Notes: generated by a model from the sequence alone, not told the origin. Counted from the first letter of the stretch, positions 1 to 12,435 are shown. The stretch is DNA of 64,000 bases from Octopus sinensis (GCF_006345805.1 NC_043009.1:558001-622000), one strand, 5' to 3'. Made by a program: numbers and translations.

Positions 1-244
1 ATTATTCAGAAAATTATCAATTAGTCAATTTAGGGTAGCAAAAAAATTCAATAGAAATTTATCGCTACCAGCGGCCTGGTGGAAAAGAGAAAATAGTCAT
101 CGACTAAATATATAATATAAAATTTAGGAGTGACCCTAACAGGTCACTCGTCCACCAGAAAGAGCAGCCATAACTCACACACGCCGCCAGTAGTAGTAAT
201 TCAGAAATTAGGTGAAAATTTAAAAACATTTACCCTAATTCATC

Positions 245-342
245 TTTTAGACGTTGCAACGTTTCTGTGTCATTAATGATTAAATTAGCTTAATTAAATT
301 AAATTAAGCTAATCTACCATAGGTTACACTTCATCAGTAAAA
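245..342 (-). ncRNA. Type I hammerhead ribozyme, array copy 1
   Basis: Minus strand reads tttta-CTGATGA-agtgt...acaca-GAAA-cgttgcaacg-TC-taaaa. Intact core, stem I tttta/taaaa, stem II gtgt/acac, palindromic stem III, GUC cleavage triplet. Confidence 0.9.
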
Positions 343-722
343 AACCTGGGAGAGACAAATATACACGAGGCGTCTGTATCGATGCCTACAGAATATCTGT
401 CTTAAAATTTTCAAGACTGACGTATTCGCGCCAAACTTATCAGCAGTAAATATAAACTGCCGATTCAATCTCAGAATTATTCAGAAAATTATCAATAGTC
501 AATTATGGTAGCAAAAAAATTCAATAGAAATTTATCGCTACCAGCGGCCTGGTGGAAAAGAGAAAATAGTCATCGACTAATATATAAATATATAACAATT
601 TAGGAGTGACCCTAACAGGTCACTCGTCCACCAAAAGCAGCCATAACTCACAACTCACAGCCACGTAAGTAGTAGTAATCAGAAATTAGGTGAAAATTTA
701 AAAACATTTACCCTAATTCATC

Positions 723-820
723 TTTTAGACGTTGCAACGTTTCTGTGTCATTAATGATTAAATTAGCTTAATTAAATTAAATTAAGCTAATCTACCATAG
801 GTTACACTTCATCAGTAAAA
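723..820 (-). ncRNA. Type I hammerhead ribozyme, array copy 2
   Basis: Same core and stems as 245-342. Confidence 0.9.
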
Positions 821-1199
821 ACCTGGGAGAGACAAATATACACGAGGCGTCTGTATCGATGCCTACAGAATATCTGTCTTAAAATTTTCAAGACTGACGT
901 ATTCGCGCCAAACTTATCAGCAGTAAATATAAACTGCCGATTCAATCTCAGAATTATTCAGAAAATTATCAATTAGTCAATTTAGGGTAGCAAAAAAATT
1001 CAATAGAAATTTATCGCTACCAGCGGCCTGGTGGAAAAGAGAAAATAGTCATCGACTAAATATATAAATATAACAATTTAGGAGTGACCCTAACAGGTCA
1101 CTCGTCCACCAGAAAGAGCAGCCATAACTAACTCACACCGCCAAGTAGTAGTAATTCAGAAATTAGGTGAAAATTTAAAAACATTTACCCTAATTCATC

Positions 1200-1296
1200 T
1201 TTTAGACGTTGCAACGTTTCTGTGTCATTAATGATTAAATTAGCTTAATTAAATTAAATTAAGCTAATCTACCATAGGTACACTTCATCAGTAAAA
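1200..1296 (-). ncRNA. Type I hammerhead ribozyme, array copy 3
   Basis: Same core and stems as 245-342. Confidence 0.9.
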
Positions 1297-1676
1297 AACC
1301 TGGGAGAGACAAATATACACGAGGCGTCTGTATCGATGCCTACAGAATATCTGTCTAAAATTTTCAAGACTGACGTATTCGCGCCAAACTTATCAGCAGT
1401 AAATATAAACTGCCGATTCAATCTCAGAATTATTCAGAAAATTATCAATTAGTCAATTTAGGGTAGCAAAAAAATTCAATAGAAATTTATCGCTACCAGC
1501 GGCCTGGTGGAAAAGAGAAAATAGTCATCGACTAATATATAAATATAACAATTTAGGAGTGACCCTAACAGGTCACTCGTCCACCAGAAAGAGCACAGCC
1601 ATAACTACATAACACCGCCAAGTAGTAGTAATTCAGAAATTAGGTGAAAATTTAAAAACATTTACCCTAATTCATC

Positions 1677-1779
1677 TTTTAGACGTTGCAACGTTTCTCT
1701 GTGTCATTAATGATTAAATTAGCTTAATTAATTAAATTAAATTAACTAATCTACCATAGGTTACACTTCATCAGTAAAA
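1677..1779 (-). ncRNA. Type I hammerhead ribozyme, array copy 4 (2-nt insertion next to GAAA)
   Basis: Same core. Plus strand reads tttctctgtgt instead of tttctgtgt. Confidence 0.8.
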
Positions 1780-2156
1780 AACCTGGGAGAGACAAATATA
1801 CACGAGGCGTCTGTATCGATGCCTACAGAATATCTGTCTTAAAATTTTCAAGACTGACGTATTCGCGCCAAACTTATCAGCAGTAATATAAACTGCCGAT
1901 TCAATCTCAGAATTATTCAGAAAATATCAATTAGTCAATTTAGGGTAGCAAAAAAATTCAATAGAAATTTATCGCTACCAGCGGCCTGGTGGAAAAGAGA
2001 AAATAGTCATCGACTAATATATAAATATAACAATTTAGGAGTGACCCTAACAGGTCACTCGTCCACCAGAAAGAGCAGCCATAACTCACACCCACCGCCA
2101 AGTAGTAGTAATTCAGAAATTAGGTGAAAATTTAAAAACATTTACCCTAATTCATC

Positions 2157-2253
2157 TTTTAGACGTTGCAACGTTTCTGTGTCATTAATGATTAATTAGC
2201 TTAATTAAATTAAATTAAGCTAATCTACCATAGGTTACACTTCATCAGTAAAA
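2157..2253 (-). ncRNA. Type I hammerhead ribozyme, array copy 5
   Basis: Same core and stems as 245-342. Confidence 0.9.
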
Positions 2254-2323
2254 AACCTGGGAGAGACAAATATACACGAGGCGTCTGTATCGATGCCTAC
2301 AGAATATCTGTCTTAAAATTTTG

Positions 2324-2377
<54 letters not shown>

Positions 2378-2378
<1 letters not shown>

Positions 2379-2760
2379 GGCGCAGGAATGGCTGTGGTAA
2401 TAAGCTTGCTTCACAACTACATGGTTCCGGGTTCAGTCCCACTGCGTTGCACCTTGGGCAACTGTCTTCTACTATAACCTTGGGCAAACCAAAGCCTTGT
2501 GAGTGAATTTGGTAGACGCAAACTAAAAGAAGCCCGTCGTATATATGTGTGTGTGTTTTTCCCTGTGTTTGTCCCCCCACCATCGCTTAACACCAATGTT
2601 GGTATGTTTACGTCTCCGTAACTTAGCGGTTCCGCAAGAGGGACACAATGGGATAAGTACTAGGCTTTACAAAGAATAAGTCCTAGGGTCGATTTGCTCG
2701 ACCAAAGGCGGTGATCCAGTATGGCCGCAGTCAAGTGACTGAAACAAGTAAAAGAATAAA
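2378..2760 (+). mobile_element. tRNA-headed SINE, family A
   Basis: Head ggcgcagga.tggctgtgg...gggttcagtccc (A/B-box-like), body ccttgggcaa.tgtcttctactata, tail gactgaaacaagtaaaagaataaaa. More than 10 copies in the window. Confidence 0.85.
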
Positions 2761-3001
2761 AAATATATATGGCCGGGTTGTGAATATATTATCGATGTAT
2801 TTGCAAATGTCTCTCCTTCCCCTTCTCCTATTTCCTTCTTCTTTTCCTTATCTCGCATCTTTTGTTTCCCCACCGTTTCATAAACACCCCAACCACTCTA
2901 TCACACTCCAAGAATTACAATAACTTTTTGTAACAAGCATCAAAACCGTTCCAATATGTACAGTCGATCTTTTGTAATCATTTTTAACCTTTGTCGCCAA
3001 A

Positions 3002-3541
3002 GGCGCAGACGTGGCTGTGAAATAAGAAGCTTGCTCCACAACCACATGGCTCCGGTTTCAATCCAACTGCATGACACCTTGGGCAAGTGTCTTCTACTAT
3101 AGTCTCACGCCGACCAAAGCCTTGTGAGTACACATGGTAGACGGAAATTGAAAGAAGCCCGTCCTGTACATATATTCTTTTATTTGTTTCAGTCTTTTGA
3201 CTGCGGCCATGCTGGAGCACCGCCTTTTTTTAGCCGAACGAATCGACCCCAGGACTTATTGTTTGTAAGCCTGGTAGTTATTCTATCAGTCTCTTTTGTC
3301 GAACCGCTAAGTTACAGGGACGTAAGCACAACATCGGTTGTCAAGTGATGGTGTGGGACAGACACAAACATAAATAAATAAATATATATATATACGACGG
3401 GCTTCTTTCAGTTTCTGTCTACCAAATGCACTCACAAGGCTTCGGGCGGCCCTAGGCTATAGTCGAAGACACTTGCCCAAGGTACCACGAAGTGGGACTG
3501 AAACAGGAACCATGTGGTTGGGAAGCAAGCTTCTTACCACA
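3002..3541. mobile_element. Two family A SINEs: partial + copy (3002-3165) and - copy (~3175-3541)
   Basis: Similarity to 2378-2760 in both orientations. Confidence 0.8.
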
Positions 3542-3559
3542 TGTGTATACATATTTATA

Positions 3560-3700
3560 TCTATATACATTATTTACATTCGACGGACATTTGTCCTCAT
3601 CTTGTTTGTCGTTAACACAACGTTTTTGTTGATAAACTCTTCAGCCTTCATCAGGTGTCTTGCGGAAATTTCGAACCTGGGTTCTCATTCCCAAGGTATT
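3560..3700 (-). mobile_element. Small HHR-bearing element, same family as 28746-28893; hammerhead decayed (3614-3659)
   Basis: Reverse complement matches aataccttRggaatgagaacccaggttcgaaattt...gacacCTGATGAaggct. The GAAA box is mutated to AAAA. Confidence 0.8.
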
Positions 3701-3863
3701 TTATTACTATTATTTTATGTTTGACTTTTGCTTTACATTTGTACGAGTTGGCTCCAAGTCTCACCCAGAGACCTCAAGAGACAATAAGTTGGAAGTTCAT
3801 GGTTTTTATGCCTAAGGTGCCATATATTTGGTTTTGTACATAGTGCTGTTCTAAAGAATGCTC

Positions 3864-4048
3864 TTTTACTCTTTTACTTTGTTTCACTCATTTGACTGTA
3901 GCCATGCTGGATCACCGCCTTTAGTCGAACAAATCGACCCCAGGACTTATTCTTTGTAATCCTAGTACTTATTCTATCGGTCTTTTTTGCCGAACCGCTA
4001 AGTTATGGGGACATAAACACACCAGATTCGGTGGGGACAAACACAGAC

Positions 4049-4103
<55 letters not shown>

Positions 4104-4268
4104 TATGACGGGCTTCTTTCAGTTTCCGTCTACCAAATCCACTCACAAGGCCTTGGTCGACCCGAGGCTATAGTAGAAGACACTTGCCCAAGGTGCCACG
4201 CAGTGGGACTGAACCCGGAACCATGCGATTCATAAGCAAGCTACTTATCACACAGCCACTCCTACGCC
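3864..4268 (-). mobile_element. SINE family A, full length
   Basis: Reverse complement of the 2378-2760 family, with internal (TA)n. Confidence 0.88.
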
Positions 4269-4316
4269 TATGATTAAGAAATCATAAGAAAATTATGTTT
4301 GTTTTAAAACTTGAGA

Positions 4317-4520
4317 TTACATAGAAAGTATTTTTCGTAGGATATGGACAGTTCCCATGAGCACTATCTTTTGAATTTCTGCCATTTTGGGGTTTCCTGG
4401 TATCTGAGCTAGGTAGCAATCAGCCCCTTTTGCTATCATTCCCAGGGCACCTATGACAACAAGTATTGTTTTAGTCTTCAGGTTCCACATTTTGCCAATT
4501 TCTATTTCAAGATCTTGTTG
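4317..4520 (-). pseudogene. R4/Dong-type LINE, restriction-like endonuclease C-terminus; the 3' UTR probably continues at ~3705-3863 beyond the SINE
   Basis: QDLEIEIGKMWNLKTKTILVVIGALGMI...IQKIVLMGTVHILRKILS is the typical R4-clade RLE C-terminus. Confidence 0.85.
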
Positions 4521-4779
4521 AAATAATTTCGTCGTATTAAAAATGTGCTTGGAACATAAAAGATTCATTCCAGAGGTTTTGAGACTGTTATAGGAGAGGC
4601 AGTTATAACTATCCGGATTATAGTAATTATATTATACGGCTAATAATCTGACCTGCTAACTTTTCATTCTAGATTGAAAGAAACTGTTGTAAGAGTACTT
4701 TGAACTCACCTTTCTGTATACTGTTTGTCTCAGCCTATTAAGCACTGCTTCTCACAATTTCATCCTGATAACCAATTAC

Positions 4780-5010
4780 TCGATAGAGGGGCGGTGTTTT
4801 TGAAGACATTGTGAGGATTGTGGTTGTTACAACAGTCTTGGATATCTTCACTTTGGAGGGCTTCCGTGGAGCCTTCACAAAGTGGCGAGGGCGCTGCAAC
4901 AAGTGCATTGAAGCCAGAAGATCCTACTTTGAAGGAGATCAGAGTTTTGTGCTTCTTTGAAGTTTATGTCTCTCCTGAAAAAGTCTCAAAACTTCTGGAA
5001 TGCACCTCGT
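4780..5010 (+). mobile_element. Mariner 3' end (transposase C-terminus + TIR)
   Basis: Frame reads RG..FEDI...AFTKWRGRCNKCIEARRSYFEGD, then aaagtctcaaaacttctggaatgcacctcg-TA. Confidence 0.75.
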
Positions 5011-6564
5011 ACTTTATCAGAATTTTAACGAAAGATTTTAATTTTGATCGCTTTAAAAGCAAGCAACTTGTATCATAGAACTAAGGGGTTGTCTCAACCG
5101 AGTTAACCTTTTAATCTTTCAGTCATCCACCTTGATCCCATTCTCTACTTCTCCCTACTTCCATGCTATTCATTCGCTCTCGAGTATTTCTTGAACCATT
5201 TTCCCCCCTTCTATTCTAAAGAGTTATTTTGTCAGTCATATTTATCTCCCATTTCTCGTTATCAATATCTTCATTAATGGTTTCTTTTATTTGGGTTACA
5301 CCCATGACCACAACCGTCACCTTATCTATATTTGTGTCGCTCTCACACTATTATATCCACTAGCAGAAAAAACTGCCCTCCTGGTGGTTTTCTGCTGGCA
5401 TGTGTGTTGCGCATATTGATATTATATATACATATAGATATGATACATAAATTATAGAGTAAATTGACAATATGCTCATGAATTGAACAAAGACTCTGTT
5501 ATAGTTTTTTTCTGTAATCAGTAAAATAATCCATGATGCATTTAAAAAAAAGACGATAATGAAAATTGGAAAAGAGATGACTAGAGTGAATTTGAAAATA
5601 TAAGCTCTGGTTGAAATTAATGAATTACATTTACCAATACGAAGAATTGAATTTTGCTATATTGTTATTTCATTATATTCACTTATAGATGTATTGTTTC
5701 TAGTGTCCCTTTCCTAGCAATTAAAAAGAAACTTAAATTCATTTCAATTAAAAGAGAGTCATGAATATCTCTCATCATTGTAGGGTGTTTTTGCAGACAC
5801 AACTGTTAGCAAATGAACCCCTTTTCATTTATCTCGGTTAATATTTTTATATTCTCTTTTTTTTTTTGATGCTCGTGATAATGCAACATGCATCTGACCA
5901 TGTGCGAAGAATTGTGTTGGGAGATGATATTATTGACTAAATAATTTCAAGGTTGTACCCCAGTATAACCGTAGTCTAACGCAATTTGAAAACTTAATTC
6001 TATTAGACAGGGATTATTGTTTTTGCACTACGTAATACTTTTTTAAATAATTTACTCGTTTTGTTGGTTTTGTTTTCGCTTTATTATATTTTTTACGAAC
6101 GCGAAGAAAAAGTATTTGTTTACATATGGAATTCAAATGGAAGTTGACATTTAAAACAGAAGCGAATCTTGTAATATTAAGCGTTATAATTTATGGTTGA
6201 TATACAAATAAACTTTATAGTTTGAATTTTTTTTTAATATTCATTTATAATTTCTTCAAAGTAATATGTCATTTTTTAAAAACGTGGATAAAAAAAATAA
6301 ACTGGACACAGTCCCACAATTCTTCAAACATTATAATATAGATTATCAGTATTATGTTTTGCTTGACAGAATCGTTAGAACGTCGGACAAAACGCCTTTC
6401 GATATTTGTTGCAGCACTTTTTGTTCTGAGACCAAATCAAGTTCAGGTGAACGTTATCTTTCGTCTTTTGCGGGGTGGGAGCGATAAAATAAAGTACCAA
6501 TCAAGTACTAAATGACTAACCTCCTCCCTCAATTTTTGGCCTTGTACACATAGTCGAATAAATT

Positions 6565-6778
6565 ATTGGCTTCATATTTTGGACACAAGACCAGCAATTT
6601 CGGTGGGCTAAGTCAATTGCATCGCCCCAGTGTTCAACTGGTACTTATCTTATCGATCTCGAAAGAATGAAAGGTAAAGTCGACTTCAATGGAGTTTGAA
6701 CTCAGAACGTGGAGACGAGCGAAATGTCGCTATACATTTTGCACGGTGCGCTAACATTTCTGCCAATTCACCGCCTTA
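6565..6778 (-). mobile_element. tRNA-headed SINE, family B
   Basis: Reverse complement ggcggtga.ttggcaga...gttctgagttcaaa...gtcgacttt.cctttca...aagtaccag. Recurs many times in the window. Confidence 0.8.
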
Positions 6779-6939
6779 TTAAATAACTTATTATTGTGAA
6801 GAATAGTGAGCTATTGAAATTCTTTAAAGGGTCGGACAAATTACCTTGTTATCTTTCCTTCGGATCTTTAGGTCCTGAGTTCATTTCCTGCTGAGGTTAA
6901 ATTTGCTGTTAAAACTGTCCAGTATTGGAGTCTTTGGAA

Positions 6940-7120
6940 AGCTGCTGCGCTGGGTAAAATACTACTTGATAAACAAGACCTAATATGTTATGACAGACGG
7001 AATCCACTCTAATCCAGCGAAAATCACCTTAGATGACCCCTAAAGGACGGTGTTGGACCCACTACCGTTCATGGCATACATAAATGACATCACAAATTTC
7101 ATTAAAAAGCAGGAGCATCA
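6940..7120 (+). pseudogene. CR1/L2-group LINE reverse transcriptase fragment
   Basis: TDGIHSNPAKIT..P*RTVLDPLPFMAYINDI is a decayed version of SGVPQGTVLGPLLFLIYINDI. A likely C-terminal piece lies at ~7830-8030. Confidence 0.6.
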
Positions 7121-7614
7121 GAAAGTGTTGAACGGAGAACATGACCGAATACATCGCCAATTCGATTTACAACTGTAAGTCAAAGAACGAGTAAATACAA
7201 TCGTCTTCTATAGCTTTGCTCTAAGGCAACCAATGTTTCCATTATCTTTATCTTAAGCCGCTAAGTATTCCACTCGACGTGCTAGCGATTCTGCCAGCTT
7301 TCACCGCCCTGGCAACACATGTAATATTACTGCCTCTACTCATCGTAACGTGAATATTGTAAGGAATGAATCATCCCAGAGGTTACCTCCATTCTCATGA
7401 TACCCGTAAATAAGTAAAAAGAAATAGCATGGAAAACTCTGATTAATGCGACCGCCTCGAAAGCCTAGATTCTGTTACTTCCGAAGACGTCATAAGAGCT
7501 ACATCCTGTGCACAATATCGAAAGTATTTCGATTTCATTTCCCAAATTATCTTAACATCAAGTTTGGGATCCCATGAATTATAGACTTAACACAAATCCC
7601 ATGCTACATAAACA

Positions 7615-7825
7615 TATTGGTTTCAAATTTTGGTGCAAGGCCAGCAAATTCAGGGGAGGGGCTAAGTCGATTACATCGACCTCAGTGCTTGACTGGCACT
7701 TATTTTGTCGACCCCGAAAGGCATGAAACGCAAATTCGAACTCTGCCGGATTCGAACTCAGATCATAAAGATGGATGAAATGCCGCTAGAAAGTTTGTCC
7801 GGCGTGCTAATAATTATGCCAGCTC
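7615..7825 (-). mobile_element. SINE family B
   Basis: Similarity to other family B copies. Confidence 0.8.
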
Positions 7826-8109
7826 TACTATGCAATTCTTTCGCTCCAACCAATCTGGTTTTATTTAACATTGTTCTGAGATAAATCAAGAGAGAAAAAA
7901 TACATGCACACCCCAGGACCATCACACAGAACCTGGAAAATGTCCTCCAAGGAATATCAGACAAATCACCTATATCGGATTATGTTTTGGAAAACAACAA
8001 CAATTCCTTACTCGAGGGGCTATGGGAACAGAAAAATAACTCAACTTTACTAGATGGTACTATTAAGTTACACATAATACGAACCACTACTAGTCGAAAC
8101 GTCTAAGTT

Positions 8110-8176
<67 letters not shown>

Positions 8177-8489
8177 TATATTATATATATATATATATTT
8201 GTGTATGTCTGTGCGTGTGTATATGTGTATGTCTGTGTGTGTATGTATAAATATATTATATATATATTATATATATATGTGTATGTATAAATATATGTAT
8301 GTATAATTTTTAAGATCGTTCTTTAAGTACAAACATATATATGCATACATGTATACATACATAAATATGAAATATGTGCATAAGAATGTATGAATGCGTG
8401 CACCTATATATATATATATATATACTAGCTTATGGTAACCCGCTCTACGCGCGGATAAGAGTGTGGTTTTTACTTTCTGTTGCTTTCTT

Positions 8490-8862
8490 TCAGCACGTAA
8501 AAAGCACCAACCGAACGTGGCCGATGGCAGCGCCGCCTTGACTGGCTTCTGTTCCGGTGGCACGTAAAAAGCACCAACCGATCGTGGCCGCTGCCAGGCC
8601 CCCTGGCACCTGTGCCGGCGGCACGAAAAAAGCACCCACTACACTCACAGAGTGGTTGGCGTTAGGAAGGGCATCCAGCTGTAGAAACTCTGCCAGATCA
8701 GACTGGAGCCTGGTGCAGCCTCCTGGCTTCCCAGACCCCGGTCAAACTGTCCAACCCGTGCTAGCACGGAAAACGGACGTTAAACGATGATGATGATGAT
8801 GATGATGACGATGATGATGATGATGACGATGATGATGATGATGACGATGATGATGATGATGA
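8490..8862 (+). mobile_element. 3' part of a SINE/LINE with (GAT)n tail
   Basis: Three internal gcacg.aaaaagcacc repeats. Ends acggacgttaaacgatgatgatg. Confidence 0.6.
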
Positions 8863-9637
8863 TTCTCCCTCTTTGTTTCTCTCTCCTTTCTCTCTCACTT
8901 TCCCACTCTCTTACTTTTCTTTTCTCTCGGACTCTCCCTCGCTTTCTCTTACTCTCTATCTTTATCTATCTCTCTCCCATTTATAAACTGATCTTGAGTA
9001 AGTTGAGAAATAAAATAATTTGAAAGATCAATCATAAATATCAGGCAGTGACAACGGAAAGGTCTGCTTCAAGGCAGACAGCAAAACACTAACATTTAAA
9101 AGGGACAGACGAACTTGCGAGCAGAATAAAAATAATAAAATATTGGAAACCAAAGTTTGAAGGGATAGTATCTGAGGATAGCAGAGTCACCATGGCTGGC
9201 ATTTCTTAACGACGGACAGCAACGTATTGACAGTTTAACGGCTGGCGTAAAATTTTGAACCAAGTTTTGAAGTGATTCTTTCTCACGACAGTAGACTCAC
9301 CATGGCAAGCATTCAAAACTTCTTCATCATGGACAGCAACACATTGACGATTAAAAGGCTGGCGCAATTTTTTTTAGCTTGATGTAACATAGAATTCCTA
9401 AACACCCGCTCTTGTAAATATTAATCCCTTTCCAGCCCACATTTAGACCCCTTTTCACATTTTGGTTAATATAACCCGATTTCATTCGGGTCTACTGGGG
9501 CCACATTTTATAAGATGAGAATTTTGACCTAGAGTCACGCCTTTCATTTGAGGAAAAAAATAGTTGTCATGCAAACTCGCCAGCACTTTTAACATAGGTG
9601 TGCATATTTTCAGCTCAACCGACCACATAATGCACAC

Positions 9638-9700
<63 letters not shown>

Positions 9701-9751
9701 ATATATATATATATATATACATATATGTATATATGTATATATGTATATATG

Positions 9752-9787
<36 letters not shown>

Positions 9788-9813
9788 CACGCATTATATA
9801 TACAAATGTATAC

Positions 9814-9855
<42 letters not shown>

Positions 9856-9857
9856 AT

Positions 9858-10080
9858 AAATTAAATTAGAGATAAAACCACTAATAGGCAAATCAAACAG
9901 TGAAAAACATAAACCAAAACATAAAAATAAAAATATAATATACAAATATATAAAATATCAAATCTAAAAATTTAAATTATTTAAATTTTAAATTAAAATT
10001 ATTAATTTATATTTATAATTTTTTTAAATATATATAACTATCAAAAAGTATTAAAAAGTTTAATATACATAAATACAGAT
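9858..10080 (-). mobile_element. Terminus of the AT-rich element family seen at 57880-59592
   Basis: 9860-9930 is the reverse complement of 59520-59592. Both abut (TA)n. Confidence 0.7.
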
Positions 10081-10877
10081 ATATACACTTTGTATATATA
10101 CATTATATATACATATTTATATATAGAACACACACACACACACACATATATAAATTAACCCAATAAATATCTGATTCATAATATTTGTTCTCATGATTGT
10201 CTGGTGGTGGTTGTGGTGGCGATGATAATTCTCTCTATGAATGCAGACAGACATCGAGAGAGAGTGAGTGTGTGAAAGCGCTGTCGAAGGCGGGGTGGGG
10301 GAGATATAGAACGCTGTGAAACGACGTTATAAAGAGAAAGTGAAGGGAGGTAGACGCTGTGAAACGACGTTATAGATAGAAAGTGATGGGAAGGGAGGAA
10401 AGAGAGTGAGTGATGGAGGAAGACAGATACATAAAAGAATGAGAATAGACTTCTCAAAGTGCGTTTTTGGCCCTAGCAACGACACCTTTTAAGATTTCTA
10501 ACCTAGCCCACTCGCATCCACACCTCATTTTACATGTCCCTGTAAATTTTGGAGTCAATCCGACGGGATCTAGTGGCCTTTAACCCGTTCCCAATGCCAA
10601 AACCAGACAAACAAACAAACAAACTTTTTGCATTTCAGAATTATATAGAGATATATATATAAAATCACAAAAGGGTGAAAAAAATTGAATATTAATTAAT
10701 AACATCAATTTAAAACACCAAGTGGCCTAGCGTATAAAGACTGGGATGCAGTAAAAATTATTAATACAAGTAATGAGAGAGAGTCCACGCTAGATATAGA
10801 TGCACGAAGGGAATCCACCACTAAAAGAATGTTCTCAAGAATTAATTCAAGATATATATATATATATATATATATAT

Positions 10878-11793
10878 GTCACTCCTTGCAACCCCTGTCT
10901 GTGTTCGGTTTGTCCTTACACAGAGGCCATCCGGATTTCCGTTTGCGCCGTGAACAGGAATTAATCTTCTCTCTTCGCTCTTATACGCCATTGGTCTCAA
11001 CTCTCCCCCCCCTCCTCATCTAACCCCCCCCTCTCCCCCCTCCTCACCTACTTCCCCCCCCCCCGACCCCTACTTCTCTTCAGTCCTTCATCCTTTCACC
11101 CCTACTCCCCTTCCTTTCTTCCCTCTTTCTCCCTCCCTCCTTCCTTCTTCCCCTCCCTCTTCCCCTCTTCCCCTTCCCTCTGCCTCCCTCACTCCCCTTC
11201 TCACTCCCCCTCTCCCTCTTTCCTCCCTCCTCCTCCCCTCCTTCCTCCTCCTCCCCTCCGTCTCACCCCCCTCCCCCCCTCTTCTCCCCTCCCCCTCCCC
11301 CTCTTCTCCTCTCTCCACACTACACCACACGACTTTACACATCACATCATATATGATGTGCCATACTAATACATACACCAACTAATACATACTAATACAT
11401 ACTAATACATACTAATACATACACCAACCCTATACATACACACGTCCAGACTTCTCATACGCACTAATACTCTCTCATACACACACCCTTATGTTGGAGT
11501 AGGTCATTCAACCCTATTATCTCCCCTAATTTCGCTCTCGCGTCTCATGTTTGATCTTTGACTTCTGGCCGAAATCAGATCGCCATGTTGATTCGTTAGT
11601 TACTGCACGCATTTTTTTCTCTCCTTCGTTCTGTGTTTTTTTTTCTCTCTGTGTATCTTTCTGTTGAAGAGCGTAGGCTTTAAACGTTAAAGACTTGTTT
11701 AATTTATATTTCCTGAGCGCCATACTAATACAATTGTTTGTTTGTTTTCCACCTGCCTTCGTCTTTTGTCTATTTTCATAAAGCTTCCCGTTT
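10878..11793 (+). mobile_element. 5'-truncated copy of the Penelope-like element at 30.5-34.7 kb, with decayed HHR at 11656-11693
   Basis: Near-identical to 33724-34703. Flanked by (TA)n on both sides. HHR GAAA is mutated to TAAA. Confidence 0.92.
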
Positions 11794-11838
11794 ATAATAT
11801 ATATATATATATATATAAATGTATATACACGCGCGCAT

Positions 11839-11869
<31 letters not shown>

Positions 11870-11871
<2 letters not shown>

Positions 11872-12435
11872 ATTAATTAATAAGGGTGGAGAATTAGATA
11901 CTAATTTAATAGTATATCTATTCAACACCAAGTGGCCTAGTGCTCCGAGAAACCTGGATTATTATAATATTTTATAATATATTATAATATTTTTACAAAA
12001 TAAATATAAGAGAGTGGTCACTATATGGCTCACTCTAGCACCAGTTAATCCAAAAGGTTTCAACCACAAAAATACATGTTTCCCATGAAAGTCAGTACGA
12101 TTGTTAGCTCACACGGACAGGGCAAATAAAAAATAACAAAAATACAGATTATTTTGGGACAATTGTTTCGCTATTAATGAATTAAATATAATTTTACTTA
12201 CAAAAAAATCCACTTGTAGCTCGTCAGCCAAAACTATCTGGATGAAATCCACTCAATCACACGCCAGATTTTACCATAACGATAAATACGCGTGTGGTTC
12301 AATTGATTACATTTGCCCTGTCCGTGTGAGCTAACAATCGTACTGACTTTCATGGGAAACATGTATTTTTGTGGTTGAAACCTTTTGGATTAACTGGTGC
12401 TAGAGTGAGCCATATAGTGACCACTCTCTTATATT

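Larger units (their letters stand above)
1..2322 (-). repeat. Head-to-tail tandem array, ~477-bp unit, ~4.9 copies (runs off window start); retrozyme-like, one hammerhead per unit
   Basis: The motif attattcagaaaat recurs at 1, 476, 953, 1429 and 1912. Copies differ mainly by small indels. The array ends against (TA)n at ~2325. Confidence 0.97.
8425..10651 (-). mobile_element. Non-autonomous Helitron-like element, interrupted by nested insertions
   Basis: Minus strand starts a|TCtctatataat at 10651 and ends with hairpin ccgc-gcgtaga-gcgg followed by CTAG|t at 8425. Confidence 0.55.

Noticed and set aside
1-2322. CRISPR array or protein-coding repeat
   Set aside because: Whole units are near-identical with no unique spacers, there are no cas genes, the context is eukaryotic, and no ORF spans a unit.
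2378-2455. tRNA genes at SINE heads
   Set aside because: A/B boxes are present but there is no complete cloverleaf, and each continues into a SINE body.
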